The translations under genes were made by a program, and so were the position numbers. The notes beneath the pieces are model-generated. The model was given only the letters and a program-made list of their open reading frames with translations, was not told where the DNA came from and ran no database searches. A DNA stretch of 64,000 bases, from positions 1-64,000 of the forward strand of contig CAVVXT010000005.1 in NCBI GenBank assembly GCA_963752255.1, read 5' to 3'. Positions 40,000 to 50,661 of this stretch are shown here, in pieces. Each line of letters starts with the position of its first letter. Position 1 is the first letter of the stretch. Source of the stretch: Nitrososphaeria archaeon (lineage in GTDB: Archaea > Thermoproteota > Nitrososphaeria > JACIWG01).

Positions 40000-42574
40000 T
40001 TAGAACTTGCATATCTTATAAAAGAACACCTTTCCAGCGTCCACTAACAAAAGATAGGTGAGAACCATGAGAATTAGGAGAACCCAATAATATGCTGGAA
40101 GTGCTACAAACCCAAGGAAACTTCCTAGGAATGTGAATGGAAGTATAGTTCCAAAAGCTACCAAGGATAGTGTAAATATCGTTAGCCATTTTCCAGGACG
40201 ACTAGTTGACAAATGGTATACGTCTTGTTCTGATTACGAATATTACCAGGACTTCTGTCCAGAATGATTCTACGAACCATCCACTTTGGAATAGGGGTGC
40301 CTTGTCTACAGTTACAGCTCCAAATATGAAAAGCATAATGCCGAATGTTAGAAAATCGTAAAGTGAACTAAAGGGTCCAAAGAAGAGTGTGAACTTCCTT
40401 ACGAAGCTGATATCCCATTTCTTAGGCCATTTGGTGTATTCTTCATCGACATTATCTGTTGGGAGAGTCATGTTCGACATGTCGTAAAGTAGGTTCATGA
40501 AGAGTATCTGCATAGGTAGCATCGGAAGGAACGGGAGAAACACTGCTGCTGCAGCTACACTAAACATGTTTCCAAAGTTTGAACTTGTCCCCATCAAAAT
40601 GTATTTAGTAGTATTGCCAAAGATCTTGCGCCCCTCTTCTATTCCATTAGCAAGTGTGCCTAAATCCTTCTCAAGGAGCACTATGTCTGCTGCGTCCTTT
40701 GAGACGTCAACCGCAGTGTCTACAGAAATGCCCACATCTGCCTCATAGAGAGCTGGAGCGTCGTTAACTCCATCCCCCATAAAACCAACGACGTGACCGT
40801 TTTTCTTTAAGGCTTTAATAACATCGAGCTTCTGTTCAGGAGTGATCCTCGCAAATATCGTGGTCTCTTCTACTAACTCTTGAAATTCGACAGTACTCAT
40901 CTGTGCTAGCTCTGAACCATTAACTACTTTATTGACAGAGATCTTAAGATCTTCACAGACCTTTCTTGCAACAAGTTCGTTGTCTCCAGTTAATATTTTG
41001 ACCGTAACCCCCATCTCTTTTAATTTTTCAATAGATTGATGTGCACTCTCCTTAGGTGGGTCAGTAAATATCAGAAATCCCAAAAAAGTCAGATCATTTT
41101 CATCCTCAACTGAATACAGTTTTTTTTCTTCTATTTGGCGATAAGCGATAGCGAGAATACGATATCCCTGTTGTGAAAGATTGAGGAATTTTGCGTTAAT
41201 AGAATCGATTGTATCACTTATAAATACGTTCTTTTCAATTATGTCAACGCTTTTGCATTTTGGAATGATCGATTCTGGGGCCCCTTTTGTTATGAGCATT
41301 AAGCCCCCTTCCTTTCTAACTATAACCGACATCATTCGTCTTTGATAATCGAAAGGAATTTCTTCCACTTTAGAGTATGTCTCCAAACCTTTCTGATTGT
41401 TGTTCTTTATCGCGTATTCCCAAATTGAAGCGTCGATAGGATTTCCAGTAACTTTCGCTCCAATGATAGCTGTGTTACAAAGTAAGGCGTATGTTAAAAT
41501 TCTAGGATCCTTATCTTCTTCAAGACTATAATAGTCTTTTAGACCGATCTTCCCATCTGTAAGTGTGCCAGTCTTATCTGTATAAAGAATGTCCATGTTT
41601 CCAAAATCTTCAATGGACACTAAGCGTTTTACAATGACCTTTAACTTAGCCATATTTCTGGCTCCTTGTGAAAGGCTTATGGTTACTATGGCGGGCATAA
41701 GTTCAGGAACTAGCCCAACTGCAACCGCAAGAGAGAAGAGAAGCGCGTCTACCATCGGACGACCAACGATTATTAGAGCAGCGAAAATTCCGATGGCCAG
41801 GGCAAGGGTTAGAGTCATAAGCAGGGTTCCATATCTCTTAACTCCTCTCTGGAATTCAGTTTCCGGGTGAGATCTTGTTAAACTCTTAGATATGGACCCT
41901 AGTTCTGTGTTTTTTCCAGTTGAGAAGACAACTCCTAGTCCGCTACCGTGTTCAACTGTGGTGCCCATGAATAGGTAGTTTTTTAATTGCTGTGGTGTAG
42001 GATTTTTGATATCGATTGGATCCTTTGTTTTTTCGACTGGAAACGATTCTCCAGTAAAGGTTGCTTCGTTAACTTCGAGGCTATTGTATTCAACTATCCT
42101 CATGTCTGCTGGAACAATATCGCCCACATAGACTGTGACGATGTCCCCTGGAACCAAAAAACTTGAATCGATTTCAGAATTTTTTCCATCCCTCTTAACA
42201 ACTGCTTTCAGAGATACACTTTTCCTGAGGTCGTCAACGATCTTTTCCGCTTTATTTTCATTGTAGAAACCTAAAATAACGCTTATAACAATCATTGAAA
42301 GTATAACTATAGACTGATCGAACTCACCAAAGAAGCCCGCTATAACGGCAGCCGCGATCAGAATTGTAAATATTGGATTCTTTAATTGCCTTAAGAACAC
42401 TTGGATTCCACTAAAGGCTTGTCTTGGCAGTAGGTTTTGACCGTATGTTTTAAGCCGTTGCTGAGCTTCCCGTTGTGATAAACCTTCCAAATTTGTCTCA
42501 AGAGCCTTGTAAACGTCTATCGGAGGAGGTGACCAGTAATCAGTGCGTTTAAGAATAGTTTGGTCTTTCGACAT
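40000..42574 (-). CDS. mgtA: Magnesium-translocating P-type ATPase (frameshift near 40205)
   Basis: TGESFPVEK, PELMP, DKTGT, GDGVND, GTSSNFGNMFS, QSGWFVES, IRTRRIPF; continues in ORF 40000-40212. Confidence 0.92.
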
Positions 42575-42659
42575 TTTTATACCTCCAAAAAGCTGCTCTA
42601 AAGCCCTAAAAAATATGGAGATAAAGGTGTTTAGAAAACTTTAATTCGTGGAATTCAGC

Positions 42660-43430
42660 TTATTCAGGCTCTTCGTGTATATCTATCCTTGAGACGTTTG
42701 GATATTCGTTTCTAACAGCTTTCTCGATTTCATTAGATATCTCATGAGCTTTTTCCAAACTGATCTCTGGATCGAAATGGCAGTGTAGGACTAAATGTAA
42801 ATTGCCACCTATTCTGCGGACTTCAATATCGTGCACTTTCTTGACTTCCGGAAAACGTTTTGCTACATGTTCAATATACAATTCCAGTTCCGCGTCGACC
42901 CCTATCATTTCCCTAGATATTCTATCCGATGCTGATTCGATGTGGACAGTAACATCTTCAAAACCTAGGTTTAATGCTCTTATCCTTCTCTCAACCTCTT
43001 CTGATATGTCGTGAGCTTGTTTGATGGTAATGTTAGCGCTCACTTCAAGGTGAAAGTCTACGAGCAATTTTCCATTTATCTTTTGAATATGAATATTATG
43101 CACTCCTCTCGAACCGGGAACTCCTTCTGCTGTTTCTTTTATGACCATCCATATATTTTCGTGACCAATTTTTAGCGGCTGTGTGTTGACCGTAACTCTT
43201 GAATTAGGAATAATATTTTTTACTTCTCTTTCAACATTTAATGCAATTCGATGAGCCTCGTCGAGCTCTAAATTGCTGTCAAGCCAAACATTTATCGAAA
43301 TGTCATACCTTTTTCCTGTAATTCGAACTCTTGGTTGGTCACAGCCTCTAACCTCCTTTATTGACTCAACCCTTTTCTTAACTATTTTTGATATCTCTTC
43401 GCTAGAGCGTTCTATTAAAGGGAGTGGCAA
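42660..43430 (-). CDS. Soluble protein of three tandem cation-efflux (CDF) dimerization domains
   Basis: Three ~80-aa repeats with H-x-I-x-V/I...D-x-H...(E/K/Q)AHxI...V/IHxEP; no TM segment. Confidence 0.82.
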   Translation of the reverse strand: MPLPLIERSSEEISKIVKKRVESIKEVRGCDQPRVRITGKRYDISINVWLDSNLELDEAHRIALNVEREVKNIIPNSRVTVNTQPLKIGHENIWMVIKETAEGVPGSRGVHNIHIQKINGKLLVDFHLEVSANITIKQAHDISEEVERRIRALNLGFEDVTVHIESASDRISREMIGVDAELELYIEHVAKRFPEVKKVHDIEVRRIGGNLHLVLHCHFDPEISLEKAHEISNEIEKAVRNEYPNVSRIDIHEEPE

Positions 43431-43667
43431 TATTTATTCTCCGTATAATATATATCTTATAGTGTATATTTAATGATATTATAAAAAAGGTCTGTTATCC
43501 TATTGAAAAATATCTTCAACATGTTACTTAATTTATTGGAGTGGTCTTATCTAAAGAAAGCAATCTAATGACACTCTTATATGATGTTACGTTAGTAACA
43601 GTTATGATAATAGTTGAAAAACTTATTTTATGGTTATAATCACAAATTTTAAACAGATAACCAAATT

Positions 43668-43941
43668 TTAGACTATCTTTGATCTAAGATTATGCTTATA
43701 AATTTCTGGACTATCTAGCCATGAAAATATAACATCAGCCTTGTATTCATCGTATACGTCGAATAAGCGTTTTTTTGTTTGGTCCAGTAGTTCTTGATTT
43801 TCTTGGCTTGGATTTTTTCGATAGATATTCAAAGCGACCCTGAATTCTCTCCTTGCTGCTTCAATCATTATTCTTTGCTTTTTCTAGCTTTGCAAGCCCG
43901 CTCAATGTTGGCGCATTATTAAACTGTGACCTTCCGTTCAT
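43668..43941 (-). CDS. Small helical hypothetical protein (probable frameshift near 43868)
   Basis: MNGRSQFNNAPTLSGLAKLEKAKNND in one frame joins EAARREFRVAL... in another. Confidence 0.4.
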
Positions 43942-44098
43942 ATCCAATCAGGCCTTTTTTGCCACATAAATGATATGTAGTAGAATATAATATACTTTTC
44001 GCTAATATTCAATATTTCTTTAAGCTCCGTTAAAATTTAGCTTGCTATTAACCTGAAGATTCTTTATCGTGTACTTGATGTGACATCGTTTCCGCCTC

Positions 44099-44443
44099 TC
44101 ATTTAGGCTGCCCCTTCTCTAGAAGCTCCCGAATACGTTTTAACTCAGCCAAAATTTGGAGATCAACATTTTCTGGAGCCAGTGAAGGTCTTCTCTGACG
44201 GTCTTCTCTGGGATATTCTCCTCGATGGCGGTCTTCCGTTCTTGGCGGTCTTCTCTTAGCCCAGCACTCTTGGCAGTAGACAGGGCGATCTCCTGTTGGC
44301 CGGAATGGAACTTCACATTCCTTACCACAGTCAGCGCAAACACTTTTATGCATCTCTCTGGAACTGCGATCAAAACCTTGCCTACCTCTAGGACTGCGCG
44401 CGCGGTTAGAACTTCGTCTATCTCTAAAACCCATTTCGTTCAC
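44099..44443 (-). CDS. CxxC-x17-CxxC zinc-ribbon protein
   Basis: REMHKSVCADCGKECEVPFRPTGDRPVYCQECW with Arg/Gly-rich flanks. Confidence 0.92.
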   Translation of the reverse strand: MNEMGFRDRRSSNRARSPRGRQGFDRSSREMHKSVCADCGKECEVPFRPTGDRPVYCQECWAKRRPPRTEDRHRGEYPREDRQRRPSLAPENVDLQILAELKRIRELLEKGQPK

Positions 44444-44590
44444 TCCTTTTTTCTTAAGTATACCTACAAAATAGCTTGCTTTAAGTCTTTGTTGGAGGCG
44501 ATGAATTGTTTTTCCTTGAGCATATGACTTGGGCTTATATTTGGAATATTCCTTTTGAAGGAGACATCAATTTTATCAAAATCAAGTTTT

Positions 44591-45160
44591 TCAAGGAAGG
44601 TTAATTGTTTCTTTGAATGTATCACGTATTTTTTCTACTGTCTTAATGAGGCTGTCTCCCCTTTTTCTGTCGAACAAGATAAAGAGTATATTCAGATAAT
44701 TGCAGTCATCACTGTACTCTTGCCGGTCGTCCACTAAAACGAAATTGTTCTTATCTGATTCTTTGTCGATTATATACTTTAACTGGCGTCTTTTAGCCCC
44801 GAAGTTATCTCTTGGGAGAACTTCTCTTAAATAAGGTCTTAAATTATATTTATCTATGAAGATATTTAGAGCTTTCTCAGACTGCATTGAGGCTATGTAA
44901 ACTGGGCCTTTAAAAGATTTGATCGCGGGTTTAACGTCATCGAATAATTGGGCTTTATGGATCACTTTTAATTCTTGTTCCTCTATTATTTTGCTGTACA
45001 GATCGAACATTACTGTTCCGTAACAGTCTTCCAAAAAGGTGATTATATCCTCAATATCATGTCCTGCGATCTCAGAAGTCCTTTTATATACAATCCTCCA
45101 GTCAATGTCTAAATCTGTTATTACGCCGTCCAGGTCCAATATTAAAATCGTCTTCTTCAT
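44591..45160 (-). CDS. HAD-superfamily hydrolase
   Basis: ILDLDGVIT motif I; LVDDRQEYSDD motif IV. Confidence 0.85.
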   Translation of the reverse strand: MKKTILILDLDGVITDLDIDWRIVYKRTSEIAGHDIEDIITFLEDCYGTVMFDLYSKIIEEQELKVIHKAQLFDDVKPAIKSFKGPVYIASMQSEKALNIFIDKYNLRPYLREVLPRDNFGAKRRQLKYIIDKESDKNNFVLVDDRQEYSDDCNYLNILFILFDRKRGDSLIKTVEKIRDTFKETINLP

Positions 45161-45393
45161 TCGGAAGCTCTCCTAGTTCAAGTTTGTACAACCCCACTAC
45201 CTTATGAAAGAGTCATAAATGTTTTGCTACAAAAAACAAAACGATTGCACCGAATTCTTCGAGTATGCATAGATGTGACTTGACAAATGCTCGTTTCAAG
45301 ATAACAAAACAATGTCGTGTACACTGTTACAAGCCTGACATGAAAGAAAAAGTGAAGATGGATTGTGTCGGCTTTTCTTAATCATCTTCACTG

Positions 45394-45840
45394 CTATTGT
45401 CCTTTTACTAAACTCCTCAAGATATCTAGTCTTTTCTTAGCCTTTTTATTTGAGTTTAAAAGTATCTGGTTTGCTTCTCCTGATATATGCGCAATCTTCC
45501 CTGTAACATCAGCATATAATTGGGATATCTGTTCTTCTATAATTGTCGCCTTATCAATTGCTGTGATTTGTCTGTTTAAAATCGTGTCATCTATTCCTTT
45601 TAAACACTTTTCAATTTCCACTCCCGATATCGGTTCAAGTGTGAACTCCACTATTGTTTCCCGTTTTGTCGTCTCAATCTTTTTCGCAATGTCTTGATGC
45701 TCCTTTGAAAAAATTTGAAAATAGTTCGATAGCTCCCCATCCGCTCCTATTCTCGAGCTAGTGTAAAAATTCCCAGCCCTTACTTCAATATCTATGAGCC
45801 TACTCAATAAAGAGCTCATAGTGTACCTTTCTTCATCCAT
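45394..45840 (-). CDS. Ferritin/rubrerythrin-like four-helix protein
   Basis: IEVRAGNFY ... IEEQISQLY duplicated helix pattern. Confidence 0.6.
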   Translation of the reverse strand: MDEERYTMSSLLSRLIDIEVRAGNFYTSSRIGADGELSNYFQIFSKEHQDIAKKIETTKRETIVEFTLEPISGVEIEKCLKGIDDTILNRQITAIDKATIIEEQISQLYADVTGKIAHISGEANQILLNSNKKAKKRLDILRSLVKGQ

Positions 45841-45841
45841 C

Positions 45842-47320
45842 CTACCATCTTTCGATGACTACCTTCTTATCAGTGAAGAAATCTACACAATCAATCTGTC
45901 CGTGTAATGTTCCAAAGAAGGAGTCTCTTCTTCCACCAAAGGGAAAGAACGCCATTGCCGCAGCTATACCTATGTTTATTCCGATGTTTCCTGCGTTTGC
46001 CTGTCTCCTGAACTCCCTTGCGTTCTTACCATTCTTCGTGAAGAGACATGCTGCGTTACCGTAGTTTGTCTTACGGTTTATCATGTCGAGCGCCTCACGT
46101 AGATTTTGGGCTCTGATTATTGATGCTACTGGACCAAATATTTCTTCTCTTGCAATCGTCATATCAGGTGTCACATCATCGAACACGCTGCCCCCTAGAA
46201 AGTATCCATTAGGGTAATCCGGAACTCTTGGATTTCTCCCATCAAGTGTCAGTTTAGCACCTTCGTCGACACCTTTTTGTATGTAACCCACTATTCGTTC
46301 CTTAGACTTTTTAGTGACTACAGGACCCATCTCGATGGATTCGTCAAGTCCGTATCCAAGCCTCATCTTCGCAATCGCCTGTACAAAACGATCCCGAAGT
46401 TTTTCGTGCATGCCTCCTATCAGAACTAGGTTCGATCCAGATCGACACCTTTGACCCGTATTGCCAAAGAATGATGGCATTAGAGCTTGGATTGTCCTAT
46501 CTATATCAGTATCCTCATCGACCACAACATAGTTCTTCGCACCCGCTTGACATATGGCCCTTTTACCATATTCCCCTGCAAGCTTGTAGACCTGTTTTGC
46601 GACAGGTGTTGAGCCAACAAAGCAGACTCCTTTAGTATGCGGACTCGTTACGATGGCTTCGCTTACATCTTTCCCTCCATGAACGATGTTCACAACACCC
46701 TCAGGGAACCCTACTTCATCAAAGGCATTCAGAGCCCATTGCATAGGTAACGGAGTAATTTCACTTGGCTTTACAACCAATGTGCAACCAACTGTTAACG
46801 CTATAGGAATAAACCAGAAGGGAGCAAGAGAAGGAAAGTTGAATGGACCTAAGATGCCAAACACACCTAACGGTTCCTTAACAAGTGTCTCGTCAATTCC
46901 TGTGGCGACCTGATCCAGATGCTCACCCTTAGCAAGTGTATAAGAAATCGAACAAGCGGTTTCAATATTCTCCGTGAGCCTTCTGGTTTCTCCCCTTGCC
47001 TCATCGATTATCTTTCCATGATTCTGAGTTGTTATCCTTGCAATATCTTCTATTCGCTCATCTATCCTCTGCTTTAGCTTATAGATGTAACCTACTCTTG
47101 TAGTAATGGGTAATTCTCTCCACTTTTCAAACGCGTCCTCTGCGATCTTGATTGCATCATCAACCTCTTCTTTTTTGGAGAAGGGTACTTCAGCAATCGC
47201 TGTGTCAAATGCTGGATTCATAACCTTTTGATACTGCGACGTTTTAGATTCTATATATTCACCGTTTACATAAAGAGGCAGTTTTCCATATTCATTTTTA
47301 ATTTCCTGTAATATGGCCAT
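45842..47320 (-). CDS. mmsA: CoA-acylating methylmalonate-semialdehyde dehydrogenase
   Basis: PFNFP, KPSE, FVGST, GAKN, GQRC, EEIFGPV, FFPFGG...DSFFG. Confidence 0.88.
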   Translation of the reverse strand: MAILQEIKNEYGKLPLYVNGEYIESKTSQYQKVMNPAFDTAIAEVPFSKKEEVDDAIKIAEDAFEKWRELPITTRVGYIYKLKQRIDERIEDIARITTQNHGKIIDEARGETRRLTENIETACSISYTLAKGEHLDQVATGIDETLVKEPLGVFGILGPFNFPSLAPFWFIPIALTVGCTLVVKPSEITPLPMQWALNAFDEVGFPEGVVNIVHGGKDVSEAIVTSPHTKGVCFVGSTPVAKQVYKLAGEYGKRAICQAGAKNYVVVDEDTDIDRTIQALMPSFFGNTGQRCRSGSNLVLIGGMHEKLRDRFVQAIAKMRLGYGLDESIEMGPVVTKKSKERIVGYIQKGVDEGAKLTLDGRNPRVPDYPNGYFLGGSVFDDVTPDMTIAREEIFGPVASIIRAQNLREALDMINRKTNYGNAACLFTKNGKNAREFRRQANAGNIGINIGIAAAMAFFPFGGRRDSFFGTLHGQIDCVDFFTDKKVVIERW

Positions 47321-47408
47321 TTTTTATCCTACTTTCAGCTCGACACTCTAAAGTTAAAAACATACCTATCCGGGAATAAAAAAAGGGTAATCTACAATAT
47401 CAGATAGA

Positions 47409-48547
47409 CTATAGTGTTTCGCCGACTATTTCTAAGAGATCTTTTTCATCGAGTTCCACAATGTTGTTCTCTAGATTTCTTTTAAACGAAAGCCCTTCTT
47501 GTACGATGGCATTTTTCTCTTCCTCCTTGATTCCGAGGTCACCCAGCTTCTTAGCGATGCCGATTTGATCCAACGTCCCACGTATTTTCTTGACGAAATA
47601 TTCTGCATCCTTTTGTTGGAAGCCACTAAGAAGGGATAATTCTTCTAATCTTTTCCGGATATCTTCAATTTCATAAGATAAGATATTTGGAAGAAACATG
47701 ATAGTCGCAACCCCATGAGGAATATGGTATTTTGAAGATAGGTAGTATCCTAGAGCGTGGGCCACCGTTGTTCCAGTAGTGTTTATTGCAGCACCTCCTA
47801 GACATGCAGCGTAAAGCATATGTTCCTTGGCATCTTCTTCACCACCGTAGGCTTTGACGATGTTTTCGAAGGCGACCTTTGAAGCTTCTGCAGAATAGAG
47901 GTCGGAGATGGGTGAATGTTTTTTGCCTAAAAAGGATTCGACCGCGTGACAAAGGGCATCCGATCCTGTTGAAGCAATCAAACTCGGAGGCAAAGGTTTT
48001 AATGTGTCCGCGTCCAATAGCGCAAACCTTGGGATAAGTGGATCACCAGTATTGTCTTCTTCTTTTTAGAACTGTCTTCTGTTATAATTGCATATTTTGT
48101 TACTTCACTGCCTGTACCGCACGTTGTAGGAACAGCTATTACTGGATACAGTTCTTTTTCAACAACGTTTGGATAATAGTAATCTCTTATATTTCCTCCA
48201 AGCTTCGCTGCAAGGGAAACAGCTTTAGCTGAATCGATGACGCTCCCACCTCCGAAAGCTAAGATTTGATCACATCCGCTATCCAGAAAGATATCTAATA
48301 TCTTCTTCAGACCTTTTTCTGTTGGGCTTACTTCAACTTCATCGTACATGTATAACGGAATTTCTTTTTCACTTATCTTCTCTAATATATATTCCGTAAA
48401 GCCATATTTTGTGGCAAAATCACTCATAGTAATCAAGAAGACCTTTTTCCCATACTGAGAGACTACTTCACCTATTTTTGATAGACCTCCTCTTCCGAAG
48501 ATGATCTTCGTTGGTAAATGATACTGAAAGCTTTCCAAGAATATCAC
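47409..48547 (-). CDS. Iron-containing alcohol dehydrogenase (frameshift near 48050)
   Basis: GGGSVIDSAK, PTTCGTGSE, DALCHAVES, HALGY...HIPHG. Confidence 0.9.
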
Positions 48548-48634
48548 ACAGTCAAGTCTTTAAATTATTTAGTTAAAAATGTTATTAAGACCAACTAGAA
48601 GATCAGCTTCTGCTTGACATTAACATATGTTTAA

Positions 48635-49324
48635 TTATATCTTAAATAATAGACCTGAATACTTATCCATTCTTATTTTTTCCCCTTCTGGTTGTACCAT
48701 CCAAGTCATCCAGCAAAGTTCTATGGGCCTATATCCTGTCTTTGAGGCGATTTCCTCCATCTTTTTTACAAATTGGATATTGTCTTCAACAGGTTTTTCC
48801 CCGGCTTTTCGCAGGATACCGTTTATTACCCTCTTTACTATCTTGTCAGGCATGACGGTGTCAACTCCACCCATCATTCTCAGATATTGGAAGGTGACTA
48901 TTCCAACGCCCTGTATTGCACCAATAGGATCTTTGTCCCATGTTTCTAGGCTAGCTTGTCCTGCCCATTTCCTAAGATTGGATCTATCTTCATCACCTAG
49001 AAGTGATAGATAGGATGAAATACCGTTTGCGATCGCCCAAGACCTCCTGTTACTCCATACAGTTCTTAATTCTTCTAAATCTGCTTTAACAAGATCCCTA
49101 AGGCTAATTATTCTCCCGTTCTCAACGAACCTGTTATCGAACTCTTTAACCTTAGGAACTACTGCAGTAAAATAATTCAAGCCTATTGACGTGAACGCTG
49201 CGTCGACGACCATCAGAATTACGTGACCACCCCATCTTTCAGTCCTAAGACATCTATCGCAATATCCTTCTATCCCAGAAACCTTATCCATGTGACTATC
49301 AATCAACTTTTTTAATAGGTCCAT
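48635..49324 (-). CDS. Hypothetical protein with HhH-GPD-like motif
   Basis: IGAIQGVGIVTFQYLRMMGGVDTVMPDKIVKRVI. Confidence 0.6.
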   Translation of the reverse strand: MDLLKKLIDSHMDKVSGIEGYCDRCLRTERWGGHVILMVVDAAFTSIGLNYFTAVVPKVKEFDNRFVENGRIISLRDLVKADLEELRTVWSNRRSWAIANGISSYLSLLGDEDRSNLRKWAGQASLETWDKDPIGAIQGVGIVTFQYLRMMGGVDTVMPDKIVKRVINGILRKAGEKPVEDNIQFVKKMEEIASKTGYRPIELCWMTWMVQPEGEKIRMDKYSGLLFKI

Positions 49325-49457
49325 TTGGAGTACGCCGATTGTCTATTTACAAGATAAAATGCAACCTTGTATATATTATTGTTTCGTTCCTGTAGTCCGA
49401 TTTTGCAAAAAACGCTTATCTACGTCTAAGGTTATTTATTGCAACGTGAATTTATAG

Positions 49458-49595
49458 GGAAAGATACTGGAAAGCTTCAAAGAGAGAACTAGAGAATCTT
49501 ATGAGAAATTCTCGGAGGCGAAGAAGTATCTTCCGGGGGGAGATACACGCGACTCAATCTTCTACACTTCATGCCCTGTATTTATGTCAAGATAG
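49458..49595 (+). pseudogene. N-terminal fragment of a class III (glutamate-1-semialdehyde-type) aminotransferase
   Basis: KERTRESYEKFSEAKKYLPGGDTRDSIFYTSCPVFMSR*; not in the ORF track because it is too short. Confidence 0.65.
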
Positions 49596-49644
49596 ATGTA
49601 ATTACATTTTTTTAAATATCCTCTTTGACTTAATGTTTATCTAA

Positions 49645-50463
49645 TTGGCCCTAAAATTTATCTTTATGCCCCATTCCATGGATGTTGAATTCATTTGCAA
49701 GGGTGGTTTTGGTAGTGAAGCAGACATAGATGTTGAACTGAGAAGGTTTTTTCCAGGTATAGGAGGCGGCATCCGCACTTATCAGGCTTTACTTGTGGCC
49801 TTCAGAAAGGAGTTTAGCAGAACATTTAATGTCGGCCATAGGCTGTTCCTTAGGCACACTATAATAAAGAAGCTTGAAGACTACTTTTTTAAAAAAGGTT
49901 TTTACCAGTACGCTCATATAACAAGACCATTAGGTTCAAGCCAAGAAGGGTACATTTATGAATGGGCCTTTGGGAGCGATGTTTTCCCATGGTACGTAGT
50001 CAACGAATCCTACGAAAATGTTTCCGTGGAATTGGAGGATTGGGGAAATTTCATTGTCGCCTTCAATGAGGCAGGTATCAATTTGCAGAAGGATTGCACG
50101 AATCCGGATGATGGACGTGTTTCCCAGAACATCATACACCAATTTCCCTACGGGGTGGATTCCCACAGATCCAAATTAAACCGTTTGTGGAAGAGAATAG
50201 ATTTTGGCGATAAGAGCATTAACTTCGATTACAGCAGACTAGTTGAGTATTTAGAAAAAAATGAAGTTGACATGAAGGAGAATCTTAGAGTAGGAAGATA
50301 CGATATGATCGTGCTATCGTGCAAGTACTTGATGAATGGCGAACATATGGACCCCGAAGATTTGGGCGAACTCAATATTTTAGTGAGAGATTATAGACTT
50401 TCCACATTAGCCCATCTGAACACGAGGGGAGTCGAAAGTTCACAGGATGTAAGGTTGCTCTAA
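49645..50463 (+). CDS. Hypothetical protein with protein-kinase-like motifs
   Basis: FICKGGFGS, VAFRK, PLG...YIYEW..G, KD...SQNII, KRIDFG occur in canonical order. Confidence 0.65.
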   Translation: MALKFIFMPHSMDVEFICKGGFGSEADIDVELRRFFPGIGGGIRTYQALLVAFRKEFSRTFNVGHRLFLRHTIIKKLEDYFFKKGFYQYAHITRPLGSSQEGYIYEWAFGSDVFPWYVVNESYENVSVELEDWGNFIVAFNEAGINLQKDCTNPDDGRVSQNIIHQFPYGVDSHRSKLNRLWKRIDFGDKSINFDYSRLVEYLEKNEVDMKENLRVGRYDMIVLSCKYLMNGEHMDPEDLGELNILVRDYRLSTLAHLNTRGVESSQDVRLL

Positions 50464-50661
50464 TTCTTTTTAAGGAAAAATAAGGAATAATCATAGTTCT
50501 CGGTTAAGCTGAATCGATTTCATTTAAAACTTGTTTTATCCTTTTCAATAGTTCTTTTTTAATTTGTTAACCCCATAAATCATTTCAATAGGAATTTGTT
50601 CAACCTTTAATATTGTTAAAACTATTAAGGTTTTCGCTTTAATAACTTCTAATATAATAAT

